Positions 31,876 to 42,944 of a stretch of DNA of 64,000 nucleotides are shown here, one piece after another (positions within the stretch are counted from its first letter, which is position 1; the number at the start of each line of letters is the position of its first letter). The stretch covers positions 1 through 64,000 of the forward strand of contig QPMI01000424.1 of assembly GCA_004431415.1 (NCBI GenBank), read 5' to 3'. A program made the position numbers and the translations under genes. The notes under the pieces are model-generated. The model had not been told where the DNA came from. It did not search any database and worked only from the letters and a program-made list of their open reading frames with translations. Source of the stretch: Cyanophora paradoxa CCMP329 (Eukaryota > Plantae > Glaucophyta).

Positions 31876-32721
31876 ATGAAAAGAATAACAATAAATTGCG
31901 ACAGTAGAGACCTTGAAAATGGCGTGCTGCACTTGAAAACGCGCCTTAATAATGTACGACGATTTCGTGTGCTATCCGCTGAGATTCCCAATAGCTCTTA
32001 TGTTGTTCCGCCCGATCAGACAATTACTATAACGCTTCTGAACGAAGAGCCCACGGTAATCCCCGCATCCAAAATGATAGCACCGATTCCCAGCGTAAAC
32101 GATTATTATTACGTTGATGCTGATAACGAACGATATCCGAAAGAGAGAGCTTTAAACAGTGATGCTTTACTCGGATTTGCGGGCGGTTCTTTTAATCCAC
32201 TCGGTGTCTTCCCGGTTTCCTATTCTCTCGCTCTGTCCACAAACCGTTTCGTGTTCTCGTCTCCAAACAGCCCGTTTACATTAGAGTCCTCAGACCAGGA
32301 GCTCTGTGATTGTCTCGGCATAGAACCCGGAGTGGTTTACGCCAGCACACCAGAACCAGTGACGGTTCCACTCAGAGATTACCCCAGTCGCTATGCATTT
32401 ACGTGCCCGAAAATGGTCGACTTTAATGCGATTCCATATATTTACCTTGATATCGAAGAGCTCCGCCCGTTTACCAAATTCGCAGCGGTTACAGGTAGAC
32501 TGAACAATGTCGACGACTCCTATCTATTGCGAATTCAGATGAACTCGGACTTTGGTAGATATTCCTTTTACCACGAACCGAGCGCAAGCATCCCTTTCGT
32601 AAATGTCACATCGCAACTCGATTTAGATCGTCTCACAATTTCGCTTCGAAAATGGCGGGGCTCTGTTGCGGATATAAACGGTCTCTCATTCTCGTTCCAG
32701 CTCGAAGTGATCACGGATTAA
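31876..32721 (+). CDS. Minor capsid (penton-like) protein B
   Basis: INCDSRD..NVRRFRVLSAEIPNS, YIYLDIEEL and LDRLTISLR..G..ADINGLSFSFQLEV. Confidence 0.8.
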   Translation: MKRITINCDSRDLENGVLHLKTRLNNVRRFRVLSAEIPNSSYVVPPDQTITITLLNEEPTVIPASKMIAPIPSVNDYYYVDADNERYPKERALNSDALLGFAGGSFNPLGVFPVSYSLALSTNRFVFSSPNSPFTLESSDQELCDCLGIEPGVVYASTPEPVTVPLRDYPSRYAFTCPKMVDFNAIPYIYLDIEELRPFTKFAAVTGRLNNVDDSYLLRIQMNSDFGRYSFYHEPSASIPFVNVTSQLDLDRLTISLRKWRGSVADINGLSFSFQLEVITD

Positions 32722-32727
32722 GCGCTG

Positions 32728-34221
32728 TCACACGTAGTAGCCCTCGAAATCAATTCGGCATGCCGAAGCTACGTTCGTCGAGAGCACCCAGATTACGAGG
32801 GTTCTCACAGATCTCGGGTTCGCTAAGAAATGTTCGTCGGGCTCCGCACTTCCGGCTATTTGATTTGCATTGGTAAACACTCTCGTCGCGCCGGCTTCTG
32901 TGTATGTAACAAGCGCAGAAACTCCGGGAGTGAGCTGGTAATCGATCTCAAACGTTTTAATATAGTTGCCATTCGCAGCCGGCTTCATTTTTATTGAGGA
33001 AAGCATGAACAGACGCGGAAAATCAATGCGTAAATAATTGCCTCCCGACCTACTACCTTGCGGCGGGTTTGTAAATCCCACCCACCCCGTAGCATTTGAC
33101 CAGCGGGCATTGGAGGCTGTGCCGAATTCCGCAATAAAGGCGCTATTATCGAGCGGCACCCAGTTAGACTCCGGGGGTGCACTTGTATCTGTGCACCCGG
33201 ACAGATTAATTATGGGAACATCGCCCTCTGAGATATTCATGGTCAGCACTGAATACATCGCATTAAAATACGTTTGCTGTGCGGAAACAAAGGTGAGGGC
33301 TTCCGTTTCCAAATATTGCAGGTGACTGGTCGTGATCGTATCGAGAGTCATTTTATCTTTCGGTAAAGGCACACTCAGCTTATAGTAGCGATCGTAGTTC
33401 TGATCATCATTTCTGGGTAAAAGTTCCAGTAGCTTTACGTGAGCGTTTAGATCGCTCGACTCTAAGAACATGCTGAGAATTGGCGATCCTGTGGCGCTTA
33501 GCATCCATTGCACGATCCCCCAATTTTTCATGGTGTCATACGAATATCCAGCTGTCGCTTTATCTAAGTCTTGGACGTGACCCGCCGTAATCGAAACCAC
33601 GATAAGCTCCTCCTCGCAAGAGTTTCCGAATAAAGTGCGGGCGAATGTGTAGCCACAAACCCCGGGCGAATTATTTCCGCTCATGCAACCATCGATTAAA
33701 CAGTATGTTCTCCCGGCGACTGTGACTTGTTTCGGCTCGAAATAGGTGGGAGCAGCCGAGGTAGCCCTTGCAGCATCTCGCACAAGCATCCCATTAATAT
33801 CTTCGTCGTTGCTGGAAATAAAAACGGGGGACATTAAGACCGTGTCAAACGCAGTCACGATGGTGGGTTTATAGAGATCCGCCATGGTCGCTGAGCCGCA
33901 GAGTTCCAGAGCCACAGCTTCTAAGTTAGTTGCTTCGTACTTTGGGCGCTGTACAATCGATGTAAGCACTCGTGGATTCGCGAAAATCAGCGGTAGCTTT
34001 GCTTTGTAGAGCGCCAGAATATCAGTGGCAGTATATTTAGGGGCGCCATCGGTTCCCTTGATATTCAATAGGAGCGCGATTAATCCACCTGTGGATGTTC
34101 CCGCAAAGCAGTCGAATAGCTGTTGGATTCGTTTACCTGTTTGTGCTTCAATCTGTGCCAGTATAGCAGCCTCGATTATTCCGCGCGACCCCCCTCCACT
34201 CAGACATAAAACGGTCTTCAT
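32728..34221 (-). CDS. Patatin-like phospholipase with C-terminal discoidin (F5/8 type C-like) domain
   Basis: LSGGGSRG, GTSTG nucleophile, ATSAAPTYF and IDG(C); C-terminal YLRIDF...YIKTFEIDY...CRIDFEG. Confidence 0.92.
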   Translation of the reverse strand: MKTVLCLSGGGSRGIIEAAILAQIEAQTGKRIQQLFDCFAGTSTGGLIALLLNIKGTDGAPKYTATDILALYKAKLPLIFANPRVLTSIVQRPKYEATNLEAVALELCGSATMADLYKPTIVTAFDTVLMSPVFISSNDEDINGMLVRDAARATSAAPTYFEPKQVTVAGRTYCLIDGCMSGNNSPGVCGYTFARTLFGNSCEEELIVVSITAGHVQDLDKATAGYSYDTMKNWGIVQWMLSATGSPILSMFLESSDLNAHVKLLELLPRNDDQNYDRYYKLSVPLPKDKMTLDTITTSHLQYLETEALTFVSAQQTYFNAMYSVLTMNISEGDVPIINLSGCTDTSAPPESNWVPLDNSAFIAEFGTASNARWSNATGWVGFTNPPQGSRSGGNYLRIDFPRLFMLSSIKMKPAANGNYIKTFEIDYQLTPGVSALVTYTEAGATRVFTNANQIAGSAEPDEHFLANPRSVRTLVIWVLSTNVASACRIDFEGYYV

Positions 34222-34264
34222 TATCTTATATACTTCTTATATATCTTCTTTGTTTATAAAGAGG

Positions 34265-37200
34265 ATGTCGTTCCTGAATCCGAGACCCGATGCACGAGTA
34301 ATTAATTCGACCACGCAGATAGAGGACACTGACCAGGTAAACACCGAAATTCGTGGGTCTATCAGAATAAATTACAATGCAGACCGCGAAGATCCAGTCA
34401 GTGGAACACCGAGCAGACCCGCAGCTTTGCAGTTAATGAACGTCGAGAAGGGGGATCATAAACTTGGAATCGACTTTTTACTTGATGATAACGAGCGAAA
34501 CAGAGTTGCCAGCATCCAGGCGACTCGGCAGTTACCGAAAACGGTGCGCTATAATCGCAGGAACATTCCCAAAGCATTCGACAAGGGTCGCTTAAACTTC
34601 TTTATCCAAGATGAAAGCGGTTTCCAAAATGCAGCTATGAGAATCGTGGATAATAGCACGCTTATAGCCGGGGTTTCAAACAGACAGACAAAGGTAGAAA
34701 TTGTTCACGGTTTATCTACAAGTAATTTGACAGCAAGTAACATTACCACGAATACCCTAAACGTAAACTCGCTTAACTCTGAGTCGTTTTTCGCCACTAA
34801 TGTCGCTACATGCAATCTAACCCTTGATTCATTTATAATTCAGAAGAGCAACACTGTTCCCCAAATCACAGAGGGCGTTTTTACAGTAGATCCCGCGAAA
34901 CCAGTGTTAGAGATCCTCGAAAACGGGAGCGTTGTAAATATAATTGGTGCCAATGCCCCGAATGTGCGATCCATAGCTCTTGATAAAACGACTATCTCGT
35001 TTGCTGAGGAAGTTCCGACATTTACCACAGAGAAACAAGCACTGAGAACCGATCACGTTCACATTACCAGACAAAATGTAAACGATCTTTTGGGCAAGGA
35101 CATTGTAAAGGCGTTTTTGGAGTTCGAGAGGAACAAGAACACCAAAGATTCCAGCCAGGATGGAACCCTCACGACTCACACAACCGAAATAGCCGCAATA
35201 CAATCGGAGATTAATGCACTGTTTGCAGCAGATGGAGCGCTTGCAATTACCTTAGCCCATATTCTATCGAAAAGGAACATTTACCCCGCGACTGATAACA
35301 CATACCGAGTTGGTCTCTCGAATCTGAGATGGTCAGAGGTGCATGGAGTTTCCATGTTTGCCTCCAATTTAATCCTTCCATTAAATCACTCACTCCGACC
35401 TAATCAGATTCTTACCAATGATAATGCACTGATCAGCTACACCGACTATAATAGTAATCTTTCCCGCTCGGTTTCGCAAACTGAGACCTACACTGTCGAG
35501 GGATACCCTCAGCAGCTCGCAAATGGGGTCTATGTCGCTTATGTAGGCAAACCTACATATACATTCACTTGGGATCAGTTGGGTGTCACAGGTTTCGAGA
35601 CGAATATACCCACTGTTTCATTGGTGGATCACACTACTTATTATAATCCTATCTATAACAATAATGAATCTAATAAAGCATTTATCCAAAATGTCACCTC
35701 CACAGGGTTTCAGGTTTCGTTTGTCATTAACGAGACATACAATTTACTTATCATCCGAAACAACTCATTTAGTTCCGAAGCTACTATTAGTTTCACTCTC
35801 ACCATCAATTACATTAGCCCTGTATTCGATAGCAAACCCAGAGTAAAGGTTTACCGAGATTTACAAGGTAGCAATATCGTTCCTTTCTCACAGAATTTCG
35901 ATCTTGGGGCGAATTCTTTGAGGTGGAACACAGTTTACTCAATGAATGCAAACACCTGTAATATTGTGGTCGCAGGTTCATCGGCTACTATTGGAGATCT
36001 GACCGCCCCTTTCAAAAGGAGTATCTTAAAGAGCTGTATATTACAAAGTCTGATTTACCAGATGCTATTTCGTTGGTGCTCTCCCCGACTCCCAGCATCT
36101 CATACCACAATGTGAAAGACACCAGTAATGTAGTGCAGAGGGGAAGCAAAGTATTCCAGGCATCCGAGATATCAGCAACAACATATAGATACCTTGCAGC
36201 GGTTCCAGCGAATTTTAATTTCACATTTGAGACACCATTTGTTTCCCCTCCTACTATTGAAATTACCGACACGAATTTGTATGTGGTAAATGATGGGTCA
36301 GCTACATCACTTCAAAATGCACCAGCCGGCTACTCTCCATTTGTCGCAACAAATATAACAACAACCGGCTTTACACTTGTCGGAAATGCAACAGTGACCT
36401 ATGCTCTGTCAGGATATCCTGTTGGGTTGTATTTTTCGAAATTTAATCTCTCTGTTATCCCAGCAGTGTCTCTTGCTCCTCCCTTTACTATCAGTTGGAA
36501 GGCAACAGGAACTATTCCACGATTTGACCCCGAAGATCGATTAAAAATAAGGTATCCTCTCGATGTTACCGACATTCATACTACGAGAATAAATGGGCAG
36601 AATTTCGTATTTAATGGAACCAATGCGACTCTGATCGATAATCGAGTTACAAATAATTACTTTTTCGATTCTCGATATATTAATACTTGCAATATTGTCA
36701 TACAAAACACGTTTGAAAATCGCAGTAAGACCTTAACAGTCACCTTGCCCACTCACTCGAATGTCTCAGATGGATTTCACTATTATCTTTTCAATCGTAA
36801 TTACACCTCATATATTCCATATCCTTCTGAGACTGTCAACATGAGCTATCCCAGAGTCACCCTAACATCGACCAATGCTGACTTCTTTGGATCCACGGAC
36901 TTTATGACCTTCTTTGCTTTCACATCGTCCACAGATGGTCTCTTAGTTTATTACACTTTCAGGTATGATGCTGTTTGGACTCAGCTTGACAGCCACCCAA
37001 ATACAGATGTAATTGAAGTGGGCGATAAGAAATATATTAAAACCGCTTCCCCATGGGTGTGCACTGTCCGGCTCGATGATAGATACACTCCCAACCTAAA
37101 TAACATTGGAATGCACTCGACTTGCAATATTTATGTGCAAGGTGCAATTTCGGCTACCAAATATTTCGAGGGTGGGAACTGTGATGCAGCCCATAGGTTG

Positions 37201-37971
37201 CTATCGAGAAATGGACTCTTTGAGTCATTTAGTGGGACAGCTCTACCCCCTTTCATCAGGGACACAGTCTATGATACTACATGCAATATTTGGGTGTGCC
37301 GATCTGTGAGCAACCCGCCTGTAACACAGGAATTATACAAGTATCTCGCAGATAAATATGGTGCAATCGCAGGCTCATCAACAGGAAATCCAGCGACGGC
37401 TCCCATCGTGTTTGCAAATGCATACACAGCGCCAACGTCGTTAGCAGGGTCGACAGAGCCGCCACCAAACGATCCCAATCCGAACCAGCCTAACCCAGAT
37501 CCCGATTCAAAAGATCCCCCTACAACTGATCCAGATCCGAACACGACACCTAATAATCCCTCAAATCCTACAAATCCAGTCGGATCGCCAGGAATGGATC
37601 CCGGGACGTTAGTGCTTCTCATTCTCTTGCCAATTCTCGGTGCCCTTGGACTTGTGCTTGCATACAAATTCCGAGCTTTATGTTGTGCTTGCATAGACAG
37701 AACCATTGCAGGAGCAGGTAATAAATACTCAACGCCTGAACTGAATGTGACCCAAACAGCCGAAGGAGATGTGGGGTTAGAGGTGAGGTCAGCCGAGGGG
37801 CATGGTCTTAGTGTAGTGAGAACTGATCAACCACCAGCAAGTAGGGCAGCACCCAAAAAATCGCGAGCAGAACGAATGGCTGAATCAATAATAAAAGATA
37901 ATGCAGACTTTATGGCGGAAATGGCACAGCGAGAAGGGAGAATATATGAACATGTTCCAAATGTTATGTAG
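34265..37971 (+). pseudogene. Large fibre-like protein with C-terminal TM helix, frameshifted at 36014-36017 (real or sequencing error)
   Basis: ORFs 34025-36115 and 36073-37971 join if one A is added (A4 here, A5 in PLV-2), matching the intact PLV-2 gene. Confidence 0.85.
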
Positions 37972-38009
37972 CGATCCTAATTTTTGTAGTATGCCTTAAT
38001 AGAGAAATA

Positions 38010-39548
38010 ATGACGGAACCCATAGTAGAAACGACAGTAAAGAATGCTGTATTGGATAATCAATTTTATATAACCCATGCCAATATACCCAGTGAATCCA
38101 ATGACCTAATTGTTAATCTAAAAGGCTATGTGATGGGAGCTATGGCTTCTAACCTATGGAATGACCTTTTCGGTTACGAGTTTGGTCACATCTATGACAT
38201 TGCAAATGGGATCGGCTATGTGGATGCGATGGCAGGCACAGCCTTTCGAAATCTAAATTGCAACTGTGTGGGTGGGTGGATGTTTCAGATCTGTTCAAAT
38301 GTCGATCCTACTATTGATCCCGCCACGATAACCTTTGATTGCAATCTGTTTGCCCCCAAAACCATTTTCTCCATCACTTGCAATCTCGTTAATTCGGATG
38401 TGCCCATTGTGGCACCTCTCATGGGTGCATCCAATATGTATATTCGAAGATACCCTGTTGTTCACACAGGTGGAGAGTATGTGATCCCAGATGATCCAGC
38501 TATAATGCCTATTAAAATCGATCTCCCTTCGGATTATGTAGGGAGGGGGGAACTGAAAACCGTTTCATTTACAGGAGACTATAATGATCTCATTAATAAA
38601 CCCACCGCAGCAAATCTACACCCTGTTGCATTTTCGGGGAGTTTCCTCGACCTTAATAATAGATCACACACCCACACAAAGGCAGAAATCACAGATTTTG
38701 CACACACTCACACCAAATCACAAATTACAGATTTTGCACACTATCACACCCGAGCAGACATTACGAATTTCGCTCACACTCATGTTAAATCAGAGATTTT
38801 AGATCTCGGAAATGTTGCATATGTTGGTCACACCCACACCAAGGCAGAGATTACAGATCTTGGAAATGTTGCATATGTAGGTCACACCCACACTAAGGCA
38901 GAGATTACAGATTTTGCACACACTCATGATTGGAATACAGATATCTATAACAAACCTGCAATTTTCTCAGGAAACTACAATGATTTGACCAATAGACCAA
39001 CTCTTGATCCTTTCACAGCCACCACAATCAGAGCCAACAACACAATGTATGTAGGATCAGGTCAGATTGTAGAACCAGCAGGACCTATGTTTGAAGAAAC
39101 ATGGTTCTTCCACAATTCGCAGAATTACTTTGATAAAACCTTACTTGTTCGTGGAAATGCCTATGCAAGAAATTTCTATGCTATGAACCCCTCAAATAAT
39201 GCGACCATCAGTCGATGTATTACAGAGGCAGATCTTTCCAGTCAACTCAATGCATATTTTAATGGGAAAATCCAAGCAGGAACGTATGTTTACACTACTC
39301 CTTATCTTTGGGCAAATCCTGACCATAGGTTTAACCTCACTATTAATTTCAACAGCAGCTTTGCTAACCCTCCTATTGTAACAACTGGTATACAACACAA
39401 TGAGACAGCCTACTACTACCGCATGTATGTAAGGCTTAAACAAGTTTACAGTAGCTATTTCACTTGTGAGCTTGACATAGTTCCATTAAGTTCTTTTGAC
39501 AGACCAGGATTTCCAGTTACAATTCATTACACTGCTGTCGCAATTTAA
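38010..39548 (+). CDS. Fibre protein with phage-type HTH repeats and H-type-lectin-like tip
   Basis: HTHTKAEITDF repeats, SG.YNDL.N.P repeats, and C-terminal IQAG...FNSSFANPPIVTT...IHYTAV. Confidence 0.8.
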   Translation: MTEPIVETTVKNAVLDNQFYITHANIPSESNDLIVNLKGYVMGAMASNLWNDLFGYEFGHIYDIANGIGYVDAMAGTAFRNLNCNCVGGWMFQICSNVDPTIDPATITFDCNLFAPKTIFSITCNLVNSDVPIVAPLMGASNMYIRRYPVVHTGGEYVIPDDPAIMPIKIDLPSDYVGRGELKTVSFTGDYNDLINKPTAANLHPVAFSGSFLDLNNRSHTHTKAEITDFAHTHTKSQITDFAHYHTRADITNFAHTHVKSEILDLGNVAYVGHTHTKAEITDLGNVAYVGHTHTKAEITDFAHTHDWNTDIYNKPAIFSGNYNDLTNRPTLDPFTATTIRANNTMYVGSGQIVEPAGPMFEETWFFHNSQNYFDKTLLVRGNAYARNFYAMNPSNNATISRCITEADLSSQLNAYFNGKIQAGTYVYTTPYLWANPDHRFNLTINFNSSFANPPIVTTGIQHNETAYYYRMYVRLKQVYSSYFTCELDIVPLSSFDRPGFPVTIHYTAVAI

Positions 39549-39567
39549 CTATTTGATTAATATAAAG

Positions 39568-40641
39568 ATGACCTCTGTATTAGAGATCCCAAACTATGAA
39601 CTTGCAGCAAAATCACTACACAGCACCTCTCATGAAGTAGTTGATTCTACACCCGGGTTTATTTGCACTGAAACTTCAAGTAATACCTCTTTCACAGAGA
39701 ATAATATACTCAGAGTCAAAGAGATTCGATGTGATCGCAATGGAGGCAAGATAAGAACCACAGGAATTATTATCTCGAATAAAAATCAAGTTCAAGCAGG
39801 TCAAGTAGTCCCAGATTCAGCAGTGTATGATAATGTGGGTGGATTCACCACAGCAAAGATAGTAACTTTCGATAACACAATAAATAATTCGGCTCTTGTT
39901 GTCAAGAGTGGAGGAGCATACATTGGAGATGGGGCAATTGTGGTGGGGACTGTTACAGCAAATCAATTGAATGTGAGTGGGACAAGTTCATTTACAGGAT
40001 TGATGACCTTTAATGGAGGTCTATCAGGAAGTATTCAGTATGGAACTCTCACACTGTCAACAAGACTAACAACTCCTGAGAGTAACACAATTGCAGACAC
40101 CAACTTCATTTACAAACGAAATGGAAGCGCAATTGTGACATTACAAAATATTCAAACAACACCATCAAATAGAGAAGCAATCGTATTTTCATCAGGTAGC
40201 TATCTGAAACGAAATGGTTGCCCTCGTTTTATGGCTTCGGCAATGACAGCAAATGCAGCAGTAGCTCTTCTTGGTAAAACTTCGGCAAGTTCCTTCCCAT
40301 TCACAGGCATTCTCATCAACCATGGAAATCGCTTTGCTGGTGCTACTGGAACGTTTACAGCTCCCATTACAGGAACCTATCGCTTTTTTTTCAACATTGA
40401 AACAACAAACAATGATGGGATGAACGGAACCATAGTCCTCAATATACGAAAAAATGGTGCATCTTCGACAAACGAGGCAACTGGGACATTTTCATCCTCT
40501 GTATCAAGGCTCAATATTTCATACGAATGCATCATCGACCTCGCTGCAAATGATTGGGTCAGAGTGTATAACAACTCTGCCACTGGGATTGAATACACCA
40601 ATCGATCTCACTTTGGAGGAATGCTGATAAGCGCCACATAA
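39568..40641 (+). CDS. Fibre protein with C-terminal C1q-like domain (1)
   Basis: GTFTAPITGTYRFFF...IDLAANDWVRV...FGGMLI; ATG at 39568 follows TATAAAG. Confidence 0.85.
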   Translation: MTSVLEIPNYELAAKSLHSTSHEVVDSTPGFICTETSSNTSFTENNILRVKEIRCDRNGGKIRTTGIIISNKNQVQAGQVVPDSAVYDNVGGFTTAKIVTFDNTINNSALVVKSGGAYIGDGAIVVGTVTANQLNVSGTSSFTGLMTFNGGLSGSIQYGTLTLSTRLTTPESNTIADTNFIYKRNGSAIVTLQNIQTTPSNREAIVFSSGSYLKRNGCPRFMASAMTANAAVALLGKTSASSFPFTGILINHGNRFAGATGTFTAPITGTYRFFFNIETTNNDGMNGTIVLNIRKNGASSTNEATGTFSSSVSRLNISYECIIDLAANDWVRVYNNSATGIEYTNRSHFGGMLISAT

Positions 40642-40663
40642 TATTGTTACTTTAAAGTAAAGA

Positions 40664-41683
40664 ATGTCCACACAAATTGCTGTTCCTGTTTTCTGTTATG
40701 CCGCCCCAAAATTGCATCAGCTCAACCACACAGTAACAGATGCAACCCCTGGGTTTATTTGCACAGAATCCACAGGAGCTGATTCATTTTCTCAAAATTC
40801 GGTGATCAGATGCAAAGAGATACGATGTGATCGCAATAATGGAAAGGTGAGAACCACTGGTTTAATTGTGTCAAATAAGAACCAAGTCCAATCGGGATCG
40901 ATTGTATCAGATTCAGCAATTTATGATGATGTGGGAGGGTTCACCACACCCAAAATTATTACTTTTGACAACACCATTAATAACTCTGCTCTTGTAGTAA
41001 GAAGTGGAGGAGCCTACATTGGAGATGGGGCAAAGATTGATGGGACACTTACAGCATCTCAACTTTCCGTGACAGGGACAACCACTTTCACAGGATTAGT
41101 AACAGCAAGTGGTGGAGTCTCAGTATCAACCACCTCTCAACCCACCATTACTGCAACTACAAGGTTAGTAACCCCTGAAATCGATACAGGGGCAAATGTT
41201 GATCTTGTGTTGAAGCGAAATAGCAATACAGTAGCAACACTTGAACCCAATTCATTAACAATTAATACAGGTTGTTATTTAAAGAACAGCTTCCAACCAA
41301 GGTTCTGCTTCCGATTGGGATATAATCACACTGCAACTTCTTCGACCGCTCTCATTAATTGGGCAACAGATATTGTTAATGTCACTGGATCTTTCACTGG
41401 GTCATCTGGAAGATTTACAGCTCCTGTTGCTGGACATTATCGATTCTCAGTTTATACCAACTCAACAACATCATCCGCAATTCAGCTTTTTTTCAAATTG
41501 AATGATGCCGACCCTGGGGGCATTTCTCTAACTGCTTCACACACAGGCACATTAATAAAACCTCTTCATCTGTCTTGCATTCTCAATCTTGCAGCTAATG
41601 AGTATGTTACAGTTTGGACAGGAACCACAGGCACATATTCCTCTGCAACAACATTCTGTGGAGAGCTGATCAGTATAACATAA
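40664..41683 (+). CDS. Fibre protein with C-terminal C1q-like domain (2), paralogue of (1)
   Basis: N-terminal ~130 aa closely similar to (1); GRFTAPVAGHYRF...LNLAANEYV...FCGELI. Confidence 0.85.
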   Translation: MSTQIAVPVFCYAAPKLHQLNHTVTDATPGFICTESTGADSFSQNSVIRCKEIRCDRNNGKVRTTGLIVSNKNQVQSGSIVSDSAIYDDVGGFTTPKIITFDNTINNSALVVRSGGAYIGDGAKIDGTLTASQLSVTGTTTFTGLVTASGGVSVSTTSQPTITATTRLVTPEIDTGANVDLVLKRNSNTVATLEPNSLTINTGCYLKNSFQPRFCFRLGYNHTATSSTALINWATDIVNVTGSFTGSSGRFTAPVAGHYRFSVYTNSTTSSAIQLFFKLNDADPGGISLTASHTGTLIKPLHLSCILNLAANEYVTVWTGTTGTYSSATTFCGELISIT

Positions 41684-41704
41684 ATTTCTCTTGTTATAGT
41701 AAGA

Positions 41705-41968
41705 ATGTCGAATATCTACCAAGTAGTTCTTTCAGATACTGAGAAATTGGGAATGGAGTTCTGCGCTGCATCTGTTCAGGATTGGATCGATAATGCTGCC
41801 CATAACAGAGCAAGAATTGCAATTGATGAGATTGTTCAGAAAGAAATCCACTCTTGCATCTCAGGTGGAGTTCAAATACCAACCTCAAAGGAAGCGATTG
41901 TATTACAGGCATTCCAAAGGGGAACTGTGAAGAAAGCAATTGAATATAATACAGTTGCTGAGGAATGA
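41705..41968 (+). CDS. Small phage-like tail-fibre-associated protein (possible chaperone)
   Basis: VQDWIDNAAHNRARIAIDEIV...IP.SKEAIV..AF resembles small proteins that follow C1q fibre genes in aquatic phages (from recall); conserved in PLV-2. Confidence 0.7.
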   Translation: MSNIYQVVLSDTEKLGMEFCAASVQDWIDNAAHNRARIAIDEIVQKEIHSCISGGVQIPTSKEAIVLQAFQRGTVKKAIEYNTVAEE

Positions 41969-42009
41969 AGTCTAAATTAATTGGTTTTTCATATAGCATG
42001 CATAGAAAG

Positions 42010-42944
42010 GCATGTATCTTGCATAGTGGGCGGGGCGCGAGTGTATTTTAACGTGGTCTATCGTCGTACTTTGTCGTAAATATGCTAATCGTACATTTCG
42101 ATTCGTACATTTCGATTGAAGTACATTTCGATTGAAGTACATTTCGATTGAAGTCGCAAGTTTGTGCAGGTGGGCATTTTCGGCATGCTTGCTCATGCAC
42201 AAACTTGCTTTAAAAAATATACAATTAAATTCTGTTTAACTCTTACGAGTTTTGCTATAACACTCTCGGCATTGATAGTTGAGACCATCCTTCGTTCTTT
42301 GTCTTTTATTAAACTCACTTGCAAGCTTCTCAATCTTGCAGTGCGAGCATATCTTCGATTGTACTTCGATTTTCGGACGCGTTTTTAACACACAATGATA
42401 AAGGTAATTGTGATACTCTCGGTCGCAGTCTTTGCATCTCCAATTCAAAAGTATATTCCCTGAGCTACGCTTTTGCAATGCGTAACTCGATGCCGGTTTT
42501 ACCTTATCGCAAACATTGCACCGCTTAGTCTCAGGTAGATTTACTTGATTGCTTGCCATTGTTACATTATACATTCGGGAAGTCTTTAAGTGGGGATCAC
42601 TTGTTTAATTGGTGGGGTCTACCTGGATTTTTCAATTTGGGTAACTGAAAACAGTTTGGAAACGATCGGGAACATTTCGTAAAAATAAGGGTCTTACTGT
42701 CCTTACTGAGAGATTGGGGGAGGGTTAAAGGGCTTACTGAGAATGGTAAGGAATTAGAAAAATGGAGAATTAAAGGGTTTCGTGATTGGTTTCAGTAAGG
42801 AAGGGTTAGATGTTTGAAAAATATAGTGTGGCTCAGTGCGAATTTATGATTTTCGCACTGAGAATTGTGGGAGATGTAAGACCTGCTTATTGACATGGTC
42901 GGCTTTTTTTGCGCGCAATTGGTGGGGTCTACCCCCGAGCGAGC
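42010..42944 (-). repeat. Right TIR of PLV-1 (935 bp)
   Basis: Reverse complement of 17286-18220. Confidence 0.95.
42236..42574 (-). CDS. Second identical copy of the TIR zinc-finger gene
   Basis: Same 112-aa translation as 17656-17994. Confidence 0.8.
   Translation of the reverse strand: MYNVTMASNQVNLPETKRCNVCDKVKPASSYALQKRSSGNILLNWRCKDCDREYHNYLYHCVLKTRPKIEVQSKICSHCKIEKLASEFNKRQRTKDGLNYQCRECYSKTRKS

Larger units (their letters stand above)
17286..42944. mobile_element. Complete integrated Polinton-like virus PLV-1 (25,659 bp)
   Basis: 935-bp TIRs; TSD CTTCTG at 17280-17285 and 42945-42950; integrase, PolB-like, packaging ATPase, MCP and penton genes; intronless, dense and AT-richer than the flanks. 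Confidence 0.95.

Noticed and set aside
34025-34264. N-terminal extensions in the ORF track (also 59393-59599, 30886-30936, 31860-31991, 29514-29564, 39496-39567)
   Set aside because: They use non-ATG starts and overlap neighbouring genes; comparison of the two PLV copies and upstream TATA motifs supports the downstream ATGs.
38010-41683. Diversity-generating retroelement acting on fibre tips
   Set aside because: No reverse transcriptase and no template/variable repeat pair differing at adenines.
17286-42944. Prophage or bacterial contamination, suggested by dam, speD and tail-fibre genes
   Set aside because: rve integrase, A32 ATPase, jelly-roll capsid genes, TIRs and a clean TSD within eukaryotic TE DNA; no terminase, portal or HK97 capsid.
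17286-42944. Virophage or canonical Maverick
   Set aside because: No adenain-like maturation protease recognised, the 437-aa MCP is shorter than typical virophage MCPs, and the ends are not Maverick-like. A formal phylogeny is still needed.
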